A stretch of 62,522 nt of DNA, the filler included, from Bipalium vagum (Eukaryota), in NCBI GenBank assembly GCA_037834085.1. It is 3 parts of 3 records of this genome, joined end to end, with 100 filler letters (N's around TTAATTAATTAA, not from the genome) between each part and the next. Parts side by side here need not be neighbours in the genome. Positions count along the whole stretch, not along the records: positions 1 to 20,638 come from JBBMKC010248731.1; positions 20,739 to 43,449 come from JBBMKC010217688.1; 1 more part is not named here. One strand, written 5' to 3'. Of the stretch, positions 12,379 to 24,599 are shown piece by piece. The position numbers and the translations under genes are program-made. Within the stretch, counting starts at the first letter, position 1; every line of letters starts with the position of its first letter. The notes below the pieces were generated by a model. The model saw only the letters and a program-made list of their open reading frames with translations. It was not told the DNA's origin and ran no database searches.

Positions 12379-15300
12379 TTATCTCTCATAAACCAATTTG
12401 TGCTCATGCTTGGGATCATGGATGTACTCATAATCCAAATGAACAAAGCACCGTTCCACTTCTGCCAGACATTCGATTCTTTTTTGCAATGATTCGCCGA
12501 TATCATGAGCATATTTCAGAGGCATAAGTTCATCGAGAACGATATCAATCTCCACCAGAAAATTGGTACCGAAATGAAATGCTCTAACAGTGTCCACAAA
12601 TTTGATGTCCGGATGGTGATTGACAGCAATGAAAGTCATTTTCTGCAAAAATTCCGACGAGGCTGTGATACCAGTCAAAGTTTTGACGTTTTCTAGTTAA
12701 ATAATTTCAAGGTGAAAAGAAAATTGCATTCCAATCATCTTACCGTATCCAGTTTTAATCCATCCCACCAATATGTAAATAGCAATCAATATTCCTCCGC
12801 AAGGGTCCAAATATTTCAGATAGTCGAATCCTATTTGAAAGGTTTAGATCATTATAATAAAATAGAGAATGGATTAACAATGTCAAAATCAAAAATCGTC
12901 AATTCACAAACATTAAATATAAATTGATTCTGATTTATTAAATTATTATTTAATTTTGCCGTTTTTGAACTTGAAAGTCATCATTAAAATTATTGAAAAA
13001 ACTTTTCTATAATTTTCAAAACAGCACAAGTCTCGTGGAAATGACTTTGGAAAAGATAAAAGTATATTTAATGATCATTTAATATGGAATGGTAATGTCG
13101 ATGTTGGTTGTCACAGAAAAAGACGATCCTCATGATACTATCGATGCTTGAAAGCAGTCAGTAACAAAATTCTGTTTGATCAATGGCCATAAATATATTT
13201 GCTAAGAAAATTGTTGATCCGGGTACCAAACGATCAAAGAACAATATGTATTTAGATAATAATTCGAACAATTATTTTCATGTTTCATTATTCAAATATA
13301 TTCATTGATTTTTTTTAATTTTATAAAGACAAATTAATATTTATTAAACTTAAATCAATTTTAATTTAAAATTAATTATCATAAATTATTAATAATTGAC
13401 AAGTAATCAATTAAAGAGATTTCGATTTGGTCAACAGAATATTTCAACATAAGACTTATTTTATCAATGGAATAAAACCTAACCAAGTCTACTACTCAAA
13501 GCAGCGCATACAATGACAATAGAATTAGTAAAGACATCGTTTCTACTGTCTTGAGCTAAGGCAGCTGATCCCTCAGATTTACCGAAACGTCGGCAAACAA
13601 TCCACAATATAATTTTCAGGCCTACAGAAATGTCAATTTTAATTAAATCCGCTTTCACCATAGACTCAGATATACCGATTGTCACTCCAATAATTCCAAT
13701 GGAGATATCATTGACATTGGGCGCTTTCTGTTGTGCCGTTGCCATGTTTATTATTGTAGTCACAGATTCACGTAATAACTGTATCGATACAACCGCCATT
13801 ATTACAGATAAGACAATAACGGATATCGGTTCAAGTCTCTGACGACCTATTATTTTATATTATTTCATATTGCTTTCGATTAAAACCACCAAACCTTGTG
13901 GATAAAGATATGGATTGAACTGTTTCATTCTATTTGCGGCAAGCCACATTATTAGACCACTTACCAAATCGAAAATACTGTCAAGCAGTGATGATATAAT
14001 TGAAAGAGAGCCGGTCATGCCAGCGGCAGCTGCTTTGGCGATCATGAGAATCTATATTATTAAAAAAACAAAGCATTTTCATAAAATGAATTAATTCATT
14101 GAAATCAATATTAATTAATTGATCGCTTCAATGATATACGATTACTTGTTTATTTAGCAAATTATAACTTTTTGTTCAGTTTTTAAAGTGGGTGATGAGA
14201 AGCTGCTTCAACTTGTAACAATCATTTATTAACATTGTATTAGTATTATAAATGATATTATTATTACTATTATTATGAAAACCTAATTTTATTTGGATAG
14301 TCAATTAACAGATGGATTTCAACAATTGGCGATAAAAAATAATGGAATAATAAACCTGTGATTACTCCAGTTCGTAGATAAACAAAATTATAGTTCTCAT
14401 AAAAAACTGTATGTGAATTTATATAATAATAATATATTAATAATAAAGCCTAATTATTATAATTTACAATAGCAGTGGAATTCGCACTGAAATACGATCG
14501 ACCTTTAGGTCAAGCACTTATTTTTAGTTTATCAAACAATTTAAAAGATCACTCGAGCTTCATTGAAGCAGCGTAAATTGTGAAGAATTAATAATTTAAA
14601 CAGTGAAATATTTATGATACAAATTTCAGCTGAGATACTATTTAAAGGACAAAATTAACGATTATTTTATCACATCAACTAAATATTTGTGTTCTTGGCG
14701 AACTTGTTATAGTACCAAGACTCCAGAGAGCGGAGGACAGATAACCTTACACAGAAATATTAAAGTAATTAAAATTTAAAGTAGGTCAGATTTTCATTGG
14801 CCGCAACATTTATCTTATATATAAAGGTTAATATCAGTTATCACACTGGACGGTGTACCTTCAGAGGATATTGACCAGTATTAACAAGCCAGCAACGTTT
14901 TCAGATATTTATATTTAAAATATATTCCAATTAAAAATGTCATCACTCCACTAAATAGAAAACTAATAAGATTAAACAAATCCGAAATCATCAATATTAT
15001 GTTAAAGTCAAACCAATGCACACACCCCATGACTTTTAGTTTAGTAATGAAAATTATAATAATAATAATAAAAAAAATAATTGATTAGAGTCAGGAAGAA
15101 CAGGAAAAAATGATGATTGGCCAATAATATCATTTCTCAAATCGATTTGTATCACAATTACGAATTTGCTATTTAAAAAATTTTATTCAAAATGGAATAT
15201 TTATTTGTACAGATCACAAAAGTTGATTTACATAATTTTAAAAATGATCTAATTAAAGATAAGTTAAATATCTTAAGTAAGCCAAAAAATTCCAAGATAG

Positions 15301-15905
15301 ATGGGATATTTAGAAGTTATTAAATGAAAAGAAATTAGCTCCTTTTCCTTTACAAATTTTGTTAATATTTGCTGACAATCGTTAAAATTTTTGCTCTCTT
15401 GAATAACAATAATAATAAAGGTAAAAGTGACAATAGATTGAAGAGCTCACCAGATTTATTACAAAAACTGATTTGGCCAAAGTTTCATCAATATCCATTT
15501 TTTTCGAAACGCTATTTTTCTTTGTCAAATGACAATGGTCTATTTGAATAACTGTGCCATTTATTATGTCCACATCGTTCTCTAATACTTTTTCATCATA
15601 TTTATCGACTTTTATCAACTCATTTATCAATTCATTTTGATTTTTGTAAAAAGATCTGGAAAATAAGTACGATTTTTAGAATATTTTCAAAATAAAAACT
15701 AACTTTACTGAGCCTCTGAATTGTTTTATAGATTCATCAGACATTAATTTACTTTCAAAGCTGGAAATCGGATGTTTTTTCCATTCATTGTTTAGATCTA
15801 AGAAAAAATAATGTACATAACACAAAAAATCGTATTACCAATGTTAGTCACAATGTTTTTGTTTAATAATTTAGAATCAGCAAAATGTTTATCGTCTGAA
15901 TCCAT
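12379..15905 (-). CDS. Cation diffusion facilitator, Mn-CDF / metal tolerance protein (MTP8-11-like); exons 15905-15839, 15797-15704, 15655-15451, 14051-13895, 13846-13676, 13621-13484, 12830-12744, 12692-12379
   Basis: Motifs FYKNQNEL, SLSIISSLLDSIFDLVSG, YPQGRQRLEP, AQDSRNDVFTN, YLDPCGGILIA, DTVRAFHFG, AHDIGESLQ..IE.L.EVERCFVHLDYE. DxxxD in both TM2 and TM5. GT-AG introns with consistent phases. Confidence 0.92.
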
Positions 15906-17335
15906 CTATATAAATAACAAAACAATTGTCAATTCATGATAAAAATGGATGGAAAAAAATCATGATAAAATATTGTGAAAAATATCAGTAATGAAAATTA
16001 AAATGAATAAATAAGTAAAATATTTAATCCTTTAAAATAAAAACTCCATCAAGGTTAGGATAAATATTTATTAAAACAATCACAAATAATAAGTTATTTA
16101 AATGCTATTTTAATTGAAATAAATAGTTACTCGTTGCGCATGTTCTAATATATTTTTACTTTAAAATTTTTTGAGTAAACTGAAAATAAAAATAAGTAAA
16201 GATAGTCCAGCAATTACTTCAGTTGTCGAATTTATATGGAGTACGCTGCAGTGCACATCAAATTTCATTTCACAAATATTTAGATTGTGATTAATGGAAA
16301 TAGTAAATTTCGATTAAGAAAAATCTGAATTTCGTGATTTACATTCTTTTTATGATTTATTGATTTTATTACAAAAATTATATATTATATTTTTATAACA
16401 AAATATTTACCACAGTTTGATCCTTATTTTTAGAATTAAAAAATTTTTTTTAGTAATGCTTTTGAAAAAATGATCATTATCTGACTCCCAGTTTCATGTT
16501 TTAATACGTTTCCTGGGAATATTTATTGAGCAGAGCTCTGTCTTAAATAGTGTTTGTTATCATTTTCTGTCACATTAGTATTCAAGTTATATTTTAGAAT
16601 CAAAGGGGATACCGGAATATCGTCTTATTACTATAATTATCATAAAGATTTAGAAGACTACACACATAAAATATTTATTTCTAAAGGCCTATAACAACAC
16701 ATCTTTGTTAAGGATTATTATTATTTTAGGTATTTCCTTAATAGAATTCTGATATTAATAATATAGTTCTCATATAAATATTAATATTAATAAAGTCAAA
16801 AAACAGAAACTAACTTCTTGTATTTCTTTACTTTTCAGAAACTATATTTATGATTTTGAATAAATTTTGATTCTGATACTATTTTGTAGAATCAGGAAAT
16901 TTTTATTGAATTGTAATTGCCAGTAAGATCATTGTTGTCGCGATATTTTATATGCGTAGAAAATTGCTTCTAAGTTAGTATAGTGGCAAGTGAAAAATAG
17001 TTTTCTCGTTTAAAAGAGAGAGGCTTATACACCTATTCTAGTGCTATGTAAATTTTATATCATTATAGGAAAGCTTCTGGAGACCTCAATGTTTTATATT
17101 TAACTTTTTTGATTCATTTCCATAATCCTAACAACATTAAAGTTTTTTATAATCTTCATAATAAATTGTGTTTAATACCTTTGATAATAAAACTATATTT
17201 GTGCTGGTTTTAACCGCAACCTTACATAGGATTATCATTGTAATATTAGATATTTATTAGGATGTGTAGTATGAAATGTCCGATTATACAATAAGTTTTA
17301 AAATTGATAAAAAGTACAACTAAATAAATTTTATT

Positions 17336-17600
17336 TAACTAACATAGTCGCCATTGGCTGTGCAACATTTCTTGCAATGATATACAAGTTTCCGGATTCC
17401 ATTTGCAAAAAAATCTTCGTCTTTGGAATTAATGAAGCCCAATATGGCCTTTTTTACACCTTCATGGTTTGCGAAAGTTTTTTGAAATAAGACATGATCT
17501 CAATGCTTGAAGAGATGAAAATTCGTCTAACGAATGTCTGACAAATATGAAGTGTTTCAAAACCTCATAATTTAATTCAGATAACCTTTGTAAGAGCTTT
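17336..17600 (-). mobile_element. Mariner transposase C-terminal fragment
   Basis: Minus strand: FHLFKH*DHVLFQKTFANHEGVKKAILGFINSKDEDFFANGIRKLVYHCKKCCTANGDYV. Confidence 0.75.
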
Positions 17601-20600
17601 TTTATAATATAGAATTTCCGTATTAAGTAAATTCTTATTTTTATATTGAAATTTTTTTAGTTTTTTTATTTGTAGCATTATAAATACACATTCATAGTTA
17701 ATTGATTTTAAACCAAGGCACTCAAAATATCAAAAATCTGAAAAGTTAGAAAAAATTCTGTCAAAAATAGAAAAGTACGCGTGAAATGATAAAATTAAAA
17801 TTTTGGAAGCAATTTGGAAATTGACAAAGATTTTAAAACGAAAAAATGAAAGCCAGGACGTACAATTGTTTAATCAAATCAAATATAAATAGGGAAAATA
17901 CACAGGTATTTAAACGCAACCACTTTTTGGAAATCGATTACAGCAGCAATAAAAACACAGCACAACACAACACAAAAGAAGCTAACAAAAATCATTATAC
18001 AGACATCATTACCGAAGCACCATTCGAGAACCATCATCAAGCACCATCATCTGATCATCTGAAAATATTGACGTCAAAACATTCAAGCTAAAGAAGCTGC
18101 ATCTATTTATTTAAATAATTTTATAATGTTATTTGTATGAAGGATTCTGTATTATATTATATATATTAATATATCCTGGACTGATCGACGGGATTCTATT
18201 TTCATGAAAATATATTCCTTTTAAGAGTATCACGTATGCATGATGATTATTGCACACAGTTGATTAGATCTGATGTTTGAAACCTTCCATAATCAGTATA
18301 AGAATGAAAAGGCTCAAACTTTCAAAAGAAAATGAGAAAACAGTCCTTAAAATAGTGCACTAAAAATAAGGGTGGCACTATCTAATTTTATTTAGATGAC
18401 CGGAAGATGGAGAACTATACAATAAACAACCTAATAATATAGTGGTTTCCCTTTCAAATTTTATTTTTTCTCCTACCATCTAAGTGTCAATTTTTTATTC
18501 TTATTTTAAACTGAGAGAGCAAGGATAATTGATCAACTGAAACAACTTTTCGTTCTGTTACACTTTCAATTGAATTTTATTCCTGTGGTTATTATAGTAT
18601 GCCAGTAGTAGTAGTAGGTATTTTATTAACCTAAATTTCTTGAAATGATGATAGAAAATCGATGCAATGTTGTTTAATGATATAAGTTTCGTTTAATAAA
18701 TAAACCGTTTCACTCATTAAATGACAATGATATTAATTTTGGGATATTTGACGATGGTCGATTGATGATAAAGTAACTCACATTATTAAATATAAATCAG
18801 ATGTATAACATCATTTGTTATAATATTAGTCACATTGTCAGAGGATATCAAGATGTTTGATGTAACAAAGTAACTTCTAGACTCACCAGGATTGAACCAT
18901 CACCAACTTGAGGGAGCCATCGGATCAGAATTCGAACACAATTATGAAAATTAATTAATTTGATTTAGACCCAAAGAGTATGAGATTCAACCAGACGAAC
19001 AATGAGGTCATGAAAATTTTCTAATGAAGAATCATTCGACGGTTCCACGCCGCATTTCAAGGACAAATTGTTCAGCAGCTCACGTCAGTCTTAAATCATT
19101 CTTAAAATCAATCATAGATATTGGGAAACTTCGAATAAACCTTTATTTAAAGTTAAATAAATCGATCAAAATCAGAATTTTAAGACTTAATTAGAACTAT
19201 ATAATAGTAATTAATTGATTTTACGAAAAGATCAATCTGACCAGAATAGTGAAGAAAACTATTTTAAAGATTATATGAAAATAAAAAAATTAACCGAGAA
19301 TATAAATACTGCTGTATTTTATTATTAATAGTTGGTCGTACATAGATCAAACGATTATTCTAAGAATAGGATTACAACAAATTCCTGGTTAATTTAGCGC
19401 CGAAGTAATTAATATGAAGAGAGACCGAGGCATTTGGAGATTGCGAAAGTAGATATTCAGAGCGTGAAGACTTGTTACTCAAACAGTATTTTAAGATGAA
19501 GCGTAAAAAATGAGTCTTCATACTCACGATGTATCAAAACCTTTAATGATACGTAGAAATCTGCAGTAACCAGATACTCTGACAATACTAGTGTGTACTC
19601 TGAAGAGAGTGTCATCCTGAACATGTATTCCAGAGTGACATATTTTCTGAACGGAGGCTCCACGATCACAACACCATTCATTTGTGGATCATCATTGATC
19701 ATCTTCTACATTTGGATAAACATTTAAATTATTCAATGTCAGCAAATGTGGAATGTTAAAATTTTATTAAAAATCAAAAAAGAATTGCTGTAAAAGTACT
19801 TGCAGTATTGAGAATATATAGAAGTTCAAAGGGAATTCAGTACTTATCTATTTGGTAAAGTATAAATGGGATAAATAATTGTACCTACACACAATTTAAC
19901 TTAGAAATATTAATAATATTATTTGTGTATGGGGAGGACAAATTACCATCTGAATTTATTATTTTTATTTTTCGAACAAATTTATTTATTCCCCTTTGTT
20001 TTGAAAAATATTTTATTTTTTTAAGGATTGATTATTTGCAACCAATTTGTTTTGACTGTAGTTATATTTGAGCTAATGAATTATATTTTCTAATTAACAC
20101 GGAGGCGAAATATCATGAAAGTAACATTGTAAAATTCTAATTATCTTTCGAAGTAATTAGCCGTTGTCTGAAACTAAGAAGTGGCTTCTTTCGTAATCGT
20201 CTGAAACTGGAAACTAACAGGATTGAATTTCTCGATCAAACACCCGTTATATTTTCATCTTAAGATCTGATCACATTAATAAACTCATTTGTTTCGCAAA
20301 ATTTTTCAAGCTTTAACTAATTAATATTTTTAAATTTTTTTTTATTGGACAAATAAAAAAAGATTTAAAATCAAAAATAAAAATAATTTGAAAAACATGA
20401 CAATATGTTTTATAAAAATACTACTACTAGTACTGATAATAATAATAAAAAAAATAAAAATAAAAAAAAATAATAAAATTAAAAAAATATATTAATAAAT
20501 AATAATAATTAATACTATTACTACTCTAATAATAATAATATTAAAAAAAAAATAATAATAAAAATAATAAATAATAATAAAAAAAATAATAAAATAAGAA

Positions 20601-20638
20601 TATTACTACTACAACTACTACTAATAATAAATAATAAA

Positions 20639-20738
20639 NNNNNNNNNNNNNNNNNNNNNNNNNNNNNNNNNNNNNNNNNNNNTTAATTAATTAANNNNNN
20701 NNNNNNNNNNNNNNNNNNNNNNNNNNNNNNNNNNNNNN
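20639..20738. other. Assembly gap spacer (44N + TTAATTAATTAA + 44N)
   Basis: Artificial linker with stops in all six frames; an identical copy lies at 43450. Confidence 0.97.
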
Positions 20739-21719
20739 AACAAATTTTTTATTTTGTAATGGATTTTTGTAATACATACTTTTCTTTATATAAAACTGAT
20801 TTAAATTTTTAATGACAAAATTGGCAGGTATGAGTTTGATAATTTTATTTTTGCTGAGTAGGGTTTTCCCTGGCACATCTTTTTAATTAAGAGTGACTGC
20901 CTTGCAGTTTGTTTGTTTATTAGACGGTTTTATTAAAAGGGTCTTACCCTTATTTTATTAATATATTTTTGGAGTTATTTTTGTGTTTTTGGGTGCGAGC
21001 TCAATAGTTAAGCCCATAGCAACCTTAGTTAGGTCAGATACGCTAAGGGGTAGGTTTGCGCCAACACTTGGAACATTCTTTATTGCGAAGTAGCTAGGCA
21101 ATATTATATTTTTATATTTGTATGATATTTTTTGGTTACTTTTCATTTTGAAAAAATAATATACCAAATTATTATTAGAAAAGATTATCAAAATTTGTTA
21201 AAAATAATAATAATTTCATTTTTTTACATGAAATTATCGGGAAATAAGATAATTACAAAATTGTGGTCTAAATGTAGAAGTTGGTCAGATTATAGAAGTG
21301 GCCCAAATCATAAATTGATCCAAATTATAAGTTCGATTGTATATTAAGAAAAATTTTTTTATCCTTTTGTAATTTTACTTTGTATTAAGAATTTAGAAAA
21401 AGGCATAAATTAGAGAGTTTGTGATTGTATCTTATTTAATTTTGAATATTTTAATCTGTATTTATTATTGATTATAACTTCAAATATATTTTACTTGTAA
21501 AATTCAATATATCAATATTCAGTTATTATCATTATTATTTTAGTTATTCAATTTTTAAAAATTCATTCTTAAATATTTATATTTAGGAATTATTATTCAA
21601 ATAAGTCTTGTTTAAATATTTCAAATAAAATTTTAAAGCTATAATAAGTTTTAAAAAAATACTTATAATTGAATTATTATTTTTAGATTTAATTTTTAAG
21701 TCAACGTTTTCATTCCTAT

Positions 21720-24599
21720 ATGACAAATATAGATTCATTGTTTAAGCAATTAATATCTAAAGTAACTGGTTTCCCAGAGCAAACTTATCAAAATAAAACT
21801 AATTTTAAAAAATGTCAATCATTTTTAAAACAATATCATTCATTAGAAGTAAATCCTAAATACATAGAAAATGAATTGGAAGATTTATGTTTTAAATTAA
21901 ATGTGCATTCTTTAGAATTTAAAGCAGCCTGCTTGAAAAATTTATACCGAAAGCTACTTAGAACAGTTGATAATTTATCATTTAATGAAGATATTGTTCA
22001 ACTAACATATGGAATTATTTTGTTTCTTCTGGACCTAAGTGGTTCTTTAGTAAATTCTTATGATTATCAGGAAATTGTAGAAAAAGATGAATTAATAAAG
22101 AAGGAAGTTAATATTGATTGGGGTGAAATACTAACAAATTCAGAAGATATTCTAGCGTTAACTCGATTAGATTATGAATCTGACGTATCTTCAGATTATT
22201 CTTTTTGTGAAAAGGACGAAGTAGATAATGGTGGGGTAGAACAAATAGAACCAGTAAAGGATGTAGGTGAAATCCAAACAAACCAGCTTGAACAATACAG
22301 CTTGATAAGATCGGAGACATGGAACGAATGTGAATTATTTGACAACTGCTTGACAAATTTGCAATCTGAATATTGGCGAGACAGTTTCGATACTCGACCT
22401 TTGAGTCGAAATTTACCAGTTAGAAATATTCTTAAATCAGATTTTGATAATTACATAAAATCTGTGAATCCAGATTATCACTTTAGCGAATCCAGAAACC
22501 GAATAGAATTGTCCGAGTATCAAGTTGTCAGAGAATGTATTGATGTTCTTTTAGGAGCCTTTTCATCTTTTGCTTTTTGCGTAGAGTTTGATCCAAATGT
22601 GATAACGAAAAATCGTGTGAAGATCGCAAAGTCTGTGAAATTAATCAATTTATCGTGGAAGGCGGTCGATAATATATTGACTCAATTGGCAAATCTTGCT
22701 TCGGACTGTTTGGGTATTCGAGTCGTTTGTGCATATATTTTGCGAAATACATCTCTCACCGTCTTCCCTGGTCCAGTTGTTGCTCTTGGAACGTGTTTGC
22801 ACAAATGCATGAACGAGTTCTGCACTGTAATCAGTAAACTGGAAGCGTCTGCACGTGATGGTATTGGATTAACATTGATTGAACTTCTTCATAATCTTGT
22901 ACCATTGTGGAGTATCAGAATGAAATATCTGCTCGGTCTCATTTTATGTTCCACTGCTAACAATCTTTCAGTTTTGTCCTATTCAACGACTTCCATATCT
23001 ATTTTGAATTTGACTCAAAAAATGCACGACGAAACACGCTTCGTTGACATCGATTCGTGGATTGTTAATTGCACTCTTGACCTGTTTACCAATGTTTTTC
23101 AGCCATATTTACATTCGTTGAATGCTCTGTTATCCGGCCAGGTCCAACTGGAAGCAGACATGTTCCTAAAATCGCATAACTCACAGTTCCATCGCTCAGA
23201 TATCGCGGGGTACTGGAACAATAATTTCTCGCTGCTTAAAAAAGCCACTTCGTCAAACAATCCTTCCAGTACCCGGGTGCTGCATGATGTTCCCATTCTG
23301 CTGCATCCCTGGTTGACAGAATTGGTCAGCACAACCAAAGCCATAGATTTGCTTCGACAGTTATCCATTGAATTAACCCGACCGACCATTTTAAATCCAA
23401 TATTATCGGAACAGATAGAGCTCTTTGATAGGAAATTGTCAAGTCACAAAACGGAAGTTAAATGGATTTGTTTGCACGAGTACCTTGTGCCTGAAAATTT
23501 CTTTCCCTCGGTGCCATCGAATCCAATTTTGAATAGTATTCGAAACAATATTGTCACTAGCATGTCCCGAATGCACGCAGTGGAACTGTTCAACAACGAC
23601 ATGAGACTTAATGATTGTAACCGTGATTGCTTGCAAGAAGCTCGACAACAGTCTCATGCAAATTTTGTCAAAAACATTCTCAATCGATATTTGGTGATCA
23701 ATTCTCATTTGATTTCGGTTTTCATTAATGATTTGCAATTGAAACGTGCTTTACATGCTCTCAAATCCGTCTACTTTTTTCAGGCAGGCATGGAGATGCA
23801 CGAGTTTTGTGAGCACGTGTTCCATCTACTGCTCAATTTCTCGTACGAAGCACCTGATTTAGTGCTCATCTGCAACTTGAAACTTCAAAACGTGCTCACA
23901 GAATCGTCGAGCAGGGAATTACGACAAGAAGCCAGGCGGTTCAGTGTTTCCGTCAGTTCCGAGACTCAGTTCGATAGCGAATCGACCACAATCAATACTG
24001 TTGTGTTGCCGTGTTTCACAGTCGACTATCGAGTAAAATGGAGCCTCAGTCTCATAATCACTCCGGAAATTGTTTCCATTGCCAACAAATGTCTCCAGTT
24101 TCTTTTGAATCTTAAATTTGCCAAACATTGTCTGGAAACGAAAATCCATCGCGATCGAAACGGTCGCAGTCGTTGGAATGGTTTGTCAAATCGCGTGTGC
24201 AGCTTGCAGCTGAAATTGTTGCAGATAATCGGCAATTTTTACGCCTATGTCATGAACACTTTTATCGTTCCATCGTGCGGCTTGTTGCAAAAGGCTGTAG
24301 ATGAGCCCGACAAAATTGGCGACTTCGCTGATTTCATTCAAACCGTAACGGACCCTTTCAGAGTCATGGCTCGTGGTTGTTTGCAGACGGCGGAACTGAA
24401 TACCATTGAAAAAGCAGTCAACAAGGTTGTTCTGCTGGGCATTGAGAGTTCTCAATTGGAATTCGGAGCGAATCAAGCTCTGGTGCAGAATGTCGAGGAA
24501 AAATATCGACGTCTCATCGTCTTTATTTCTGCAATGTTTAAGAGCTTATCACATTTGGGTATTTCTATTATCGAACTGGACATGTCGGCCTTTAAGTGA
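21720..24599 (+). CDS. TUBGCP5: Gamma-tubulin complex component 5 (intronless, 959 aa)
   Basis: GCP5-type N-terminus (HSLEVN, KLNVHS..KA..LK.L, YGIILFLL.LS, IDWGEIL), SEYQVVRECIDVLLG, LHALKSVYFFQAG.EM.EF, and YRVKWSLSLII..LLNLKFAKHCL. Confidence 0.85.
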   Translation: MTNIDSLFKQLISKVTGFPEQTYQNKTNFKKCQSFLKQYHSLEVNPKYIENELEDLCFKLNVHSLEFKAACLKNLYRKLLRTVDNLSFNEDIVQLTYGIILFLLDLSGSLVNSYDYQEIVEKDELIKKEVNIDWGEILTNSEDILALTRLDYESDVSSDYSFCEKDEVDNGGVEQIEPVKDVGEIQTNQLEQYSLIRSETWNECELFDNCLTNLQSEYWRDSFDTRPLSRNLPVRNILKSDFDNYIKSVNPDYHFSESRNRIELSEYQVVRECIDVLLGAFSSFAFCVEFDPNVITKNRVKIAKSVKLINLSWKAVDNILTQLANLASDCLGIRVVCAYILRNTSLTVFPGPVVALGTCLHKCMNEFCTVISKLEASARDGIGLTLIELLHNLVPLWSIRMKYLLGLILCSTANNLSVLSYSTTSISILNLTQKMHDETRFVDIDSWIVNCTLDLFTNVFQPYLHSLNALLSGQVQLEADMFLKSHNSQFHRSDIAGYWNNNFSLLKKATSSNNPSSTRVLHDVPILLHPWLTELVSTTKAIDLLRQLSIELTRPTILNPILSEQIELFDRKLSSHKTEVKWICLHEYLVPENFFPSVPSNPILNSIRNNIVTSMSRMHAVELFNNDMRLNDCNRDCLQEARQQSHANFVKNILNRYLVINSHLISVFINDLQLKRALHALKSVYFFQAGMEMHEFCEHVFHLLLNFSYEAPDLVLICNLKLQNVLTESSSRELRQEARRFSVSVSSETQFDSESTTINTVVLPCFTVDYRVKWSLSLIITPEIVSIANKCLQFLLNLKFAKHCLETKIHRDRNGRSRWNGLSNRVCSLQLKLLQIIGNFYAYVMNTFIVPSCGLLQKAVDEPDKIGDFADFIQTVTDPFRVMARGCLQTAELNTIEKAVNKVVLLGIESSQLEFGANQALVQNVEEKYRRLIVFISAMFKSLSHLGISIIELDMSAFK

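Noticed and set aside
17846-18091. 81-aa plus ORF
   Set aside because: Low-complexity A/C-rich sequence with no motif.
19475-19702. 75-aa minus ORF in a GC-elevated island
   Set aside because: No recognisable motif or partner exons, and an open frame also exists on the other strand.
20683-20694. TTAATTAATTAA palindrome inside the N runs (also 43494-43505)
   Set aside because: Artificial scaffold linker, not biological. Adjacency across the gaps is uncertain.
20740-21100. Possible C2H2-like CQFCH..FKS fragment on the minus strand
   Set aside because: Interrupted by stops and too short to assign.
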